32,000 nucleotides of DNA from Corallococcus macrosporus (GTDB lineage: Bacteria > Myxococcota > Myxococcia > Myxococcales > Myxococcaceae). The notes under the pieces were generated by a model that searched no databases, had not been told where the DNA came from, and saw only the letters and a list, made by a program, of their open reading frames with translations. Shown piece by piece: positions 7,775 through 15,066 of this stretch (position 1 is its first letter; every line of letters starts with the position of its first letter). The stretch is taken from the NCBI RefSeq assembly GCF_017302985.1, contig NZ_JAFIMU010000004.1:816869-848868 (forward strand). The letters are read 5' to 3'. The position numbers and the translations under genes are program-made.

Positions 7775-9124
7775 TCAATCGGACGCCAGCGATCCCGCCT
7801 CCCGCAGATAGCAGTACTCCCGCAGCGCGGCCCGTCTGAGCGCATCCACGTGGGCGAAGCCGGCCTCGTTGCTGAAACGCTCGAGGTCGGTAGGGATGGA
7901 CCGGCCGAGCCGCTCGGTGAAGTACCACTCCCAGAGCGCGTTGTCGGTGAGCCCGGCCTCGTCCAGCCCGGGCCGCTCCAGGCCGGCCCGGGCCAGGACC
8001 CGCTCCTTGTCCTCCAGGCGCTCCATCAGCGCCCCGTAGAGCCCGCGGGCGCGCAGATGATCCGGCAGGCAGCGGAGCACCTCGGGCTCGAGCAGCGCCT
8101 CGATCCTGCGCACCCGGGCCTCGTCCTCGAAGAAGCGCACGGGGGCCTCCAGCCGTTGCTCCGCCACCCAGTGTTCGAACTGCCTCAGGGTGAGCAGGTC
8201 CTTCTCGCGGCGGAATGCCTCGCAGGTCCGTCGCAGCCCCTCCGCATCCACCGTATCCGCCTGCCTTCGCGCCTCCTCCAGGGCCAGGGCTCGCGCCAGG
8301 GCGCCGGCACGGACCCGGGGCAGGAGGCCGGACACCCGCAGCTCCTCGAGCAGCGCCTCGCTCGCGAGGGTTTCGCGCGCCGGGGCTCCGGTGGGAAGCC
8401 GGCCCGCGCTCTGGCATGCGTCCGCCCAGGCGTCGGTATGCGCGAAGGCGTACGTCACCTGCTTGGGGCCGGGGCGGGCCGTCTGGTGGTCCCGCAGCGC
8501 GTGCAGCAGGGCCAGCGCATCGGCGCGCTTCTGGTCGACCCGTCCTCGCGGAAGCCATTCGCGCAGCCCTCGTAGCTCGTCCGGGGGCACCCCCTCACGG
8601 GGGGCCTGCGCGAAGAGTGCCGGCCAGCTCCGCTCCGGGTAGTGGAGCGCCTTGGCGAGCCGCACCAGCGTCGTGTGGGCTGGCGCGCTGATGACGCCCG
8701 CGCGCTCGGCGCCCTTCAGGGTGGCGCGGATGTTGACCAGGGCCTCCGACAGCGAGCGGAAGCCGTCCTCCGCGGATGCGTGAGCGATGGCCACCTCGTC
8801 GTCGTCCTCCAGCTCGCCACCCTGGAAGGCCTCGAAGATGGCGCCCACGCCCTGCATCCCGAAGGGCGCCAGCTCCGCCGCGCGCAGCGCGCCCATGCTC
8901 GAGGCGCCGAAGACGTGGATGCCCTCGGACATGGCCCAGAGGAGCTCCTTGTGCCAGACAGCGGGCACGTCATCAAAGTAGCCATCGATGAGTCCAATGG
9001 CCTCCGGGCGATCGAGCGCCGTCCGGTAGAGGTCCCCCTGGGCCGCGGGGGGAAGGAACACGGCGTCCAACTCGCGCGCCGCCTCCTGGGCGCCGAGCGT
9101 GGGCCCGGTGAAGACGTAGATCAT
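7775..9124 (-). CDS. TfuA-like protein with long C-terminal extension, cassette 2
   Basis: 449 aa from ATG 9124: MIYVFTGPTLGAQEAARELDAVFLPPAAQGDLYRTA...GIHVFGASSMGALRAAELAPFGMQGVG. ATGA overlap with the YcaO stop. The track start at 9406 is an upstream in-frame start that would invade YcaO. Confidence 0.93.
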   Translation of the reverse strand: MIYVFTGPTLGAQEAARELDAVFLPPAAQGDLYRTALDRPEAIGLIDGYFDDVPAVWHKELLWAMSEGIHVFGASSMGALRAAELAPFGMQGVGAIFEAFQGGELEDDDEVAIAHASAEDGFRSLSEALVNIRATLKGAERAGVISAPAHTTLVRLAKALHYPERSWPALFAQAPREGVPPDELRGLREWLPRGRVDQKRADALALLHALRDHQTARPGPKQVTYAFAHTDAWADACQSAGRLPTGAPARETLASEALLEELRVSGLLPRVRAGALARALALEEARRQADTVDAEGLRRTCEAFRREKDLLTLRQFEHWVAEQRLEAPVRFFEDEARVRRIEALLEPEVLRCLPDHLRARGLYGALMERLEDKERVLARAGLERPGLDEAGLTDNALWEWYFTERLGRSIPTDLERFSNEAGFAHVDALRRAALREYCYLREAGSLASD

Positions 9125-10365
9125 GAAGCGTGCTCCCCCAGCACCTTCCGGGCGCGGGTGCCCGGGGTGTAGCCCGGCGTGCCGTGTTCGGGCTCCAGGC
9201 CGGGAACGACCACCCGCGCCACGGGGATGCGGAACTCGGGCCGGGTGAGGTCCACCACGGCGGCCTGCCGCAGCCCCGCCGCCGCCAGGCGCTCCAGCTC
9301 CCACGCCACGTCCTCGTCGAACGAGCGGCCCACGAAGGTGGAGACCTCCTGGAAGCACCGCGTGGGCGACTCGCCACGCATCCGCTCCACCTCCCGGCGC
9401 CAGCATTCTGGATCCTGGTAGGCCCGGTAGCAGCGGGCCACCCCCATGTCGTCGCGGGCGCCGGAGATGAGCGTGGCGCGCACCTGAAGCGCCTCGGTGA
9501 GTGCACGCAGCAGGGCGATCTCCCGGCTGGGATGACAGCCCGAGCCCGAGGTCGGCGCGCGCGGACGCAAGGGATCCAGCGAGCGCTCGGCGAGGGTGCA
9601 GAGGAAGGCGGGCAGCCCCACGTCGCTGGTCGTCTCCCAGACGGCCACCTCCAGATCGGCGCGCCCGACCTGCTCCAGCACCTGGAGGCAGGAGGCGTCC
9701 TCGACCGTGTCCAGCCGCAGCCGCGTGCGGCGCCGGGCGTGGTCACCCTGGAGGTGCCACAGGGTATTGGCGTCTCGCTCCACGACCTCGCACAGGCCGT
9801 GGCTGATGGCCTCCAGCAGGTGGTTGCCGGAGGCCAGCCCGTTGGAGCCCATGAGGAACGCGCCGCTGCCCTCGGGCAGCGGCAGGGTGAAGTCGGTGTG
9901 GACCAGCTCGTAGGGCAGCCACAGCGGCTCGCCGGTGGCGAGGTCGCGCCCTTCGACCCACAGCAGGCGCCGCGCCGGGTGGAAGTCGCTCACGGACAGT
10001 CGCGGCAGCGCGGCCACGTCCACCACGGGCTGGTGGGCCCGCAGCTCGTCGTAGCTGGCGCGCCGCAACGGCAGACAGATGTGCTCGGCATGGTAGGACT
10101 CCACCGCCTCCATCACTCCGGAGACCTTGGCGGCGGTGAGGTCCAATCCCTTGCCCTGGGAGATCGCCAGCGAGCGTGCATTGGGCCGGCAGACCGAAAC
10201 CACGGGAACACCGAGGCGGTCCAGGCCCGTGATGTTGGCGACGCGGGTGATGCCCATCGCCGGCAGGAAGGGGCGCACGCGCCGGAGCGTCTCCTCGGGA
10301 GAGACCATCCGGTGCGTGCCCAGGCAGTGCCTCTTGGGGGCCTGCGCCGCGAGGGAGCGGTTCAT
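9121..10365 (-). CDS. YcaO family protein (TfuA-associated YcaO), cassette 2
   Basis: 414 aa from ATG 10365 (MNRSLAAQAPKRHCLGTHRMVSPEETLRR). SGVMEAVESYHAEH and LLEAISHGLCEVVERDANTLWHL match YcaO motifs. Paralog of 313..1560. Confidence 0.95.
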   Translation of the reverse strand: MNRSLAAQAPKRHCLGTHRMVSPEETLRRVRPFLPAMGITRVANITGLDRLGVPVVSVCRPNARSLAISQGKGLDLTAAKVSGVMEAVESYHAEHICLPLRRASYDELRAHQPVVDVAALPRLSVSDFHPARRLLWVEGRDLATGEPLWLPYELVHTDFTLPLPEGSGAFLMGSNGLASGNHLLEAISHGLCEVVERDANTLWHLQGDHARRRTRLRLDTVEDASCLQVLEQVGRADLEVAVWETTSDVGLPAFLCTLAERSLDPLRPRAPTSGSGCHPSREIALLRALTEALQVRATLISGARDDMGVARCYRAYQDPECWRREVERMRGESPTRCFQEVSTFVGRSFDEDVAWELERLAAAGLRQAAVVDLTRPEFRIPVARVVVPGLEPEHGTPGYTPGTRARKVLGEHAS

Positions 10366-10718
10366 TTCTTCGTGCTGCTCTTCCGGAGGCTGGCGAGATT
10401 CATGAGGAGGCACGCGCAGCCCACGCCCGGAAGGCTGTTGGCGGGCACATCCGCCAACACCACGCCCTGACCCACCAGGACGCTCATCTGGGGGGTCACG
10501 TCTTGAGGAAGCTCGGTGGATTCGTAGTCTTCCTTCTTGACCCAGAAGAACTTCTTTCCGGTCGGGCCGAGGATCACCAGGTCATCCGGGCCGACGATCT
10601 CGATATCAACGGCCTTCGGCTGGCGCTGCGCCCGTGCCTTCGCGACCCGGGCCGCCGGGCGCTGCCGAGGGCTTGTCTTCTTCTTCGGGGCCTCCGGTGG
10701 ATTTCGACGAGTTGCCAT
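10362..10718 (-). CDS. Candidate YcaO substrate protein with single NLASL module
   Basis: 118 aa from ATG 10718 (MATRRNPPEAPKKKTSPRQRPAARVAKARAQRQ...). RBS-like GAGGGA upstream. ATGA overlap with the YcaO start. Ends ...GVGCACLLMNLASLRKSSTKK. The substrate role is inference. Confidence 0.85.
   Translation of the reverse strand: MATRRNPPEAPKKKTSPRQRPAARVAKARAQRQPKAVDIEIVGPDDLVILGPTGKKFFWVKKEDYESTELPQDVTPQMSVLVGQGVVLADVPANSLPGVGCACLLMNLASLRKSSTKK
10386..10598 (-). repeat. NLASL module copy 3 (protein-level repeat, aa 41-111)
   Basis: IVGPDDLVILGPTGKKFFWVKKEDYESTELPQDVTPQMSVLVGQGVVLADVPANSLPGVGCACLLMNLASL. Manual alignment to copies 1 and 2. Confidence 0.88.
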
Positions 10719-10817
10719 GACGATCCCTCGCTTTGTCTGGGTGTTTGTTTCAGAGACAGATCCCGCTGCTCTTGAACGGACTTCGCTCCAGCCGGACAAC
10801 ACGGCCTGACATGGAGG

Positions 10818-11555
10818 TCAGCCGGCTCCGGGCCCGGACGGGTTGGTTGTGTACCCGGAGGCATTGACCCTCCCCGGTCCGGGGATCGGTATGCGGCCCC
10901 CGAAGGCTTGGATTCCATGCATCAGGTCCTGATGTTGGACCGTGTTGCTGTTGAGCTCGGCGTAGGGAATGACGTCCTTCAGCTTGTGCATCATCTGGTC
11001 GAGCGCGTTCGCGTCTTTGAGCCGCCACAGGTGCATGACGCGGTGGGGAGGATGGAGGCCATGGCCGGCGGCCAGCAGCGTCCAGCCGTTGTCCTGGAAT
11101 GCGGGCAGTATCTCCGTCATGATTTCACTGAAACGGCTCAGATTGCCGTCCTTCACATCCAATTGGACGTGGAGGAGATGGCTGTTGGCGGTGAGCTCGG
11201 CGTCTGGCCTCCCGCTCGGCGCATAGCTCATCGCACGCAGCAACTCGACGTCACGCTGCTCGCAGTGGCTCATGAGCTGCGTGTATTGCTGGTTGTCCAT
11301 CATGCCCGCCGCATCCATCACGCACTTGGTGTCGCTGCCAGCGTAGAGCTCGAGGATCCTGATGGGGAGGCCTGTCAGGGAATAGCAGGTGGCAAACCGT
11401 GACCAGCCGAGCTTGCTTGCGTCACTGCTCAGTCTGATGAGGTCCTGCGTGATGAACTCCGCGGCCTTGCTTGGCTTCACGGTGCTCGTGACGTGAAGGT
11501 AGACTCGCGGCTGGGCAGGCTCCTGCGGAGTCGTTTCGTCCTCTGGATTTCCCAT
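10818..11555 (-). CDS. Conserved ~245 aa protein, putative ferredoxin-like / NIPSNAP-like alpha-beta barrel, cassette 2
   Basis: 245 aa from ATG 11555 (MGNPEDETTPQEPAQPRVYLHVTSTVKPSKAAEF), RBS GGAAGG. Paralog of 2436..3176 over the C-terminal half. Confidence 0.75.
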   Translation of the reverse strand: MGNPEDETTPQEPAQPRVYLHVTSTVKPSKAAEFITQDLIRLSSDASKLGWSRFATCYSLTGLPIRILELYAGSDTKCVMDAAGMMDNQQYTQLMSHCEQRDVELLRAMSYAPSGRPDAELTANSHLLHVQLDVKDGNLSRFSEIMTEILPAFQDNGWTLLAAGHGLHPPHRVMHLWRLKDANALDQMMHKLKDVIPYAELNSNTVQHQDLMHGIQAFGGRIPIPGPGRVNASGYTTNPSGPGAG

Positions 11556-11699
11556 CGTCAACCTTCCGTGGCGCGTGCGTCTGGCCAGGGCTCGGTTCGC
11601 CGCCCCGTTCGACACGGAAATTAAGCATTGGAATCCCTGGACCCGCTGTCCCGCGGGAGCATCCGGATGCACAAGATGGAGCAGTCGGCATGTCCGGCC

Positions 11700-12074
11700 T
11701 CACTCCGCGCGTGCTGCCCGCCGGCGGGCCTCCTCGAGTGTCCGGGTCACCACTTCCACGAACCGGGTCAGGTCCCCAGATTTGAGGAGGAAGGTCAGGA
11801 CACCTGGGGCATGGGGATTCTGCGAAGCGCTGTGCATGATGATGGGGAGCCCCTGGAATTCCTTCACCTGCGCGAGCGCGGTGCACAGCTCAACGCCAGT
11901 CATGCGAGGCATCATGCAGTCCGTCACGACCAGGTCTGGCCGCTCACGCAGGGCCAGCGCCAATGCCTGCTCTCCATCCTGTGCGAGCAGGGTGCGGTGT
12001 CCCAGCAGCCCAAGGACCTCGGAAAGGATCTCGAGGATCTCGGTGTCGTCATCGACGAGAAGAATGGTGCTCAT
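11700..12074 (-). CDS. Single-domain response regulator (CheY-like receiver)
   Basis: 124 aa: ILLVDDDTEILEILSEVLGLLGHRTLLAQDGEQAL...PDLVVTDCMMPRMTGVELC. Acidic pocket DDD and phospho-acceptor D present. No output domain. Confidence 0.93.
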   Translation of the reverse strand: MSTILLVDDDTEILEILSEVLGLLGHRTLLAQDGEQALALALRERPDLVVTDCMMPRMTGVELCTALAQVKEFQGLPIIMHSASQNPHAPGVLTFLLKSGDLTRFVEVVTRTLEEARRRAARAE

Positions 12075-12154
12075 GGTGATCGTCCCCCCCTTGGAAGCCG
12101 ACGCTCTGACATGAGCGCCGCTCCTCCTTCCTCAAGACCCGGGAATCCCGCGGT

Positions 12155-12823
12155 GTGATGGGCGGGACAGGTTCCCGCGACGCACCCGGAGGATCAGCCG
12201 TGCAAGCAGACAACCAGACGAGATGGGACGACGAGATTCACGACCTCTGCCGGCGAAAGCAGATGAACCAGGCCGTGGAATTGGCGGTGCGCGGCTACGG
12301 GCCAGAGGTTCGCCGGCTGATGTTCGCCATCCTCCAGGATGATGCGCGCGTCCAGGATGCCTTCGGCCTCTTTTGCGAGGGCCTGGTCAAAGGACTGCCG
12401 CGCTTCCGGTGGGAGAGCTCCCTCTGGACCTGGATCCAACGCATGGCACGCAACGCCTGCTACAAGCAGGTGAATGCAGCCGCCGTGCGGTATCCGCACC
12501 TGCGCCTGTCCGAGGCGCCCGAGCAGCCCGCGGGCCGACGCTCCTTGACGGATCCATGGCAGCGCACGCTCGTGAAGGAGCGCTTCCGGGCCTTGCGGCG
12601 CAAGCTGGAGCCACAGCAGCAAAGGCTTCTGGAGCTTCGCCTGGACCAGCGGCTTCCCTGGACGGAGGTGGTCCGGTTGATGGCGACCGCCGAGGAGCCG
12701 CTGACGCAAGAAGCGCAAGCCCGCCGGGCGGCGGCACTGCGCCAGCAGTTCCAACGCGCGAAGTCCCACCTGCGCTCCCTGGCCGTGCAGGAAGGGCTGC
12801 TCGCTTATCAAGACACGATGTAG
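12155..12823 (+). CDS. RNA polymerase sigma factor, sigma-70/ECF-like (start codon uncertain)
   Basis: Region-2-like MLFAILQDDARVQDAFGLFCEGLVKGLPRFRWESSLWTWIQRMARNACYKQ (read as RRLMFAIL...) and region-4-like LEPQQQRLLELRLDQRLPWTEVVRLM. Confidence 0.85.
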   Translation: MMGGTGSRDAPGGSAVQADNQTRWDDEIHDLCRRKQMNQAVELAVRGYGPEVRRLMFAILQDDARVQDAFGLFCEGLVKGLPRFRWESSLWTWIQRMARNACYKQVNAAAVRYPHLRLSEAPEQPAGRRSLTDPWQRTLVKERFRALRRKLEPQQQRLLELRLDQRLPWTEVVRLMATAEEPLTQEAQARRAAALRQQFQRAKSHLRSLAVQEGLLAYQDTM

Positions 12824-13116
12824 CAGGGCGCCACCGCGCTCGCGTGCCCCATGTGAGTGAATCGGGGCACGTCGAGCCCACAGGGCAGTTCCCTCCAGTC
12901 TTGGAGACATTTGGGAGACGGGGGGACCCTCCTGCAACGTCGCAGCGCCTCGGCTTGACATCCCGCCGGGAGATCAAGTTCCCTAGACTGAACGCGGTCT
13001 GCTCGCGCGCAGTCCCATCACCAGCCCATGCCTGGTGAAGGTCTGGGACGAAGGGGATTCGATTCCTCGGGCTCTGTGCAGCAGGTCGCATCGCTTCCTC
13101 TGCGGAACGCGAGCGC

Positions 13117-14076
13117 ATGGGGCTTCGCACCGCGTCGAGGCAGGCGATGACCGTCCGTCGGAATGAAAAGAAGAGGGCTCGTGCGCTCCAGAAGCAGAGC
13201 GGCGAGCCGTATACGGCCGTTCTCGAACGCCTCCGGCGCTCTCACGCAATTGTTTCGCGAGTGAGGACCCAAATGGCTGAGATCGACTTGAGCAAGCCCA
13301 TCGTCTACCGCGTCGAGGGGATGAACCACACGGCAACGCGGCGCAACGAAGTCTACCTCGTGGACGGAGACGAGAAGCTGCTGATGGACCTGCAGCTGCC
13401 GCCCAACCTCCCATCCGGAGCCCGGGTACCGGCCATCTTCTTCGTCCACGGCGGCCCCATCCCGCGAGAGGGCGTGCCACCCAAGGAGTGGGGCATCTTC
13501 CAGTCCTACTCGGCGCTCGCGGCAGCGTCCGGGTTCGTGGGGGTGGCTTTCAATCATCGCCTGCACACGCCGGAGGACTACCCCCGCTCCCAGAGCGACA
13601 TCGCCGCGGCGGTGGAGTACGTCCGGATCCACGCGGACAGGCTGAACGTGGACCCGTCCCGGATCGCGCTCTGGTATTTCTCAGGCGCAGGACCGCAGCT
13701 CTCGTGGGTCCTCCGCGAACGCCCGACCTCCGTGCGCTGCGCGCTCGCGTTCTATGCGCTCCTCGACGTCCGGGCCCTCGTGCCTCCGGGGGCGCCGCCC
13801 GTCCTCCTGGAGCAGGCTGCCGCCTACTCGCCCGCCGCGCTCGTAGGGACACGGGCCAAGGGGCTGCCCCTCTTCGTCGCCCGGGCCGGCCAGGATTCGC
13901 CGATGGTGAACCAGTCGATTGACGCCTTCATGCGCGAAGCAGCCGCTGCCGACGTTCAGATTGACTTCGCCGACCACCCGGAAGGCCGTCACACCTTCGA
14001 CGTCCTGGACGACGTCGAGCGCTCCCGCGAAATCATTGCTCAAGCGATGGCCTTCGTAAGGGCGCATCTCCTGTAG
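13117..14076 (+). CDS. Alpha/beta hydrolase / prolyl oligopeptidase-like peptidase (start uncertain)
   Basis: PAIFFVHGGPI oxyanion-type HGG, SQSDIAAAVEYVRIHADRLNVDPSRIALWYFSGAG, and C-terminal DHPEGRHTFDV histidine. Confidence 0.8.
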   Translation: MGLRTASRQAMTVRRNEKKRARALQKQSGEPYTAVLERLRRSHAIVSRVRTQMAEIDLSKPIVYRVEGMNHTATRRNEVYLVDGDEKLLMDLQLPPNLPSGARVPAIFFVHGGPIPREGVPPKEWGIFQSYSALAAASGFVGVAFNHRLHTPEDYPRSQSDIAAAVEYVRIHADRLNVDPSRIALWYFSGAGPQLSWVLRERPTSVRCALAFYALLDVRALVPPGAPPVLLEQAAAYSPAALVGTRAKGLPLFVARAGQDSPMVNQSIDAFMREAAAADVQIDFADHPEGRHTFDVLDDVERSREIIAQAMAFVRAHLL

Positions 14077-14130
14077 CGACAGCAGGGTCTTTCTTCGTAT
14101 CCGTCCGGAGACGCGAAGGGGCCTGAAAAC

Positions 14131-14175
14131 ACCGAGGCCGGAAACCGCTGGGTCTCAGCGGCTTCCGGCCTCGGT
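14131..14175 (-). terminator. Intrinsic terminator downstream of tRNA-Glu
   Basis: On the - strand, ACCGAGGCCGGAAGCCGCTG - AGACC - CAGCGGTTTCCGGCCTCGGT forms a ~20 bp stem with one G-U pair, followed by GTTTTC. Confidence 0.75.
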
Positions 14176-14182
14176 CCTTCAG

Positions 14183-14255
14183 TGTCCCCGACGGGATTCG
14201 AACCCGTGTTACCGGCTTGAAAGGCCAGCGTCCTGGGCCTCTAGACGACGGGGAC
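14183..14255 (-). tRNA. tRNA-Glu (anticodon TTC)
   Basis: GTCCCCGTCGTCTAGAGGCCCAGGACGCTGGCCTTTCAAGCCGGTAACACGGGTTCGAATCCCGTCGGGGACA on the - strand. Cloverleaf arms and CTTTCAA anticodon loop. Confidence 0.95.
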
Positions 14256-14267
14256 GTCGTCACTGCT

Positions 14268-14340
<73 letters not shown>

Positions 14341-14523
14341 GCTATTCTTTTTTGCACGGCTCGGAGCCGCCAGCGGTTCCGCGAGGCGCTTCCTACCAGC
14401 AGCGCCCGGGGAGTTCCACTGGCGATCGCAGGCGCCGCTTCCTGACACGCTCCGTCCTGGCCCCGGTGAACATCCCGCCCCCGGCGCCCTCCGCCCGTCA
14501 GCGTCCGGCGCTATACACAGGGC

Positions 14524-15057
14524 ATGTCCCAGGAAGTTCCCGAACCGCCCGACGCCGAGGACGAAGAGGCAGGGGAGCAGGCCCCGTTCCGCCGCTACCT
14601 CACCCGGGTGGGCGCCGAGCGCATGCACCGCGAGCTCCTCCAGCTCCTCAACGAGGCGCGCCCCAAGGTCACCGCCGAGGTGTCCGCCGCCGCCGCCCAG
14701 GGCGACCGTTCAGAAAACGCCGAATACATCTACGGCAAGAAGCGCCTGAGGGAGATCGACCGGCGCATCCGCTTCCTCCAGAAGCGCCTGGATACCGCCA
14801 CCATCGTCAACCCGGCGGAACAGGAGGACCGCTCGAAAGTCTACTTCGGCGCCACCGTCACCCTGGAGGACGAGGCCGGAAGCCGCAGCACGTACCAGAT
14901 TGTCGGTTCGGACGAGATCGACGCCTCCGGAGGCCGCATCAGCGTCGAGTCACCCATGGGCCGCGCGCTGCTGCGCAAGGCCCCGGGCGACACCGTGGAG
15001 GTGCGGCGCCCCCGGGGTGAGATTGAGCTCACCCTGGTGGACATCCGCTACGACTAG
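14524..15057 (+). CDS. greB: Transcription elongation factor GreB/GreA family
   Basis: 177 aa: RPKVTAEVSAAAAQGDRSENAEYIYGKKRLREIDRRIRFLQKRLDTATIV...QEDRSKVYFGATVTLEDE...SPMGRALLRKAPGDTVEV closely matches the GreB pattern. Confidence 0.93.
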   Translation: MSQEVPEPPDAEDEEAGEQAPFRRYLTRVGAERMHRELLQLLNEARPKVTAEVSAAAAQGDRSENAEYIYGKKRLREIDRRIRFLQKRLDTATIVNPAEQEDRSKVYFGATVTLEDEAGSRSTYQIVGSDEIDASGGRISVESPMGRALLRKAPGDTVEVRRPRGEIELTLVDIRYD

Positions 15058-15066
15058 GACACCCCC

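Noticed and set aside
9121-10413. Track start (10413) for YcaO 2 and track start (9406) for TfuA 2
   Set aside because: Earlier in-frame ATGs that would overlap upstream genes extensively. The ATGA junctions at 10365 and 9124, and alignment to the paralogs, favour the later starts.
12955-12989. TTGACA ... TAGACT as a promoter before the hydrolase gene
   Set aside because: The spacer is 23 nt, too long for a standard sigma-70 promoter.
13045-13085. tRNA T-arm-like string GGGGATTCGATTCCTC upstream of the hydrolase gene, possible tRNA fragment or att site
   Set aside because: No acceptor, D or anticodon arms around it and no matching repeat to either tRNA in the window.
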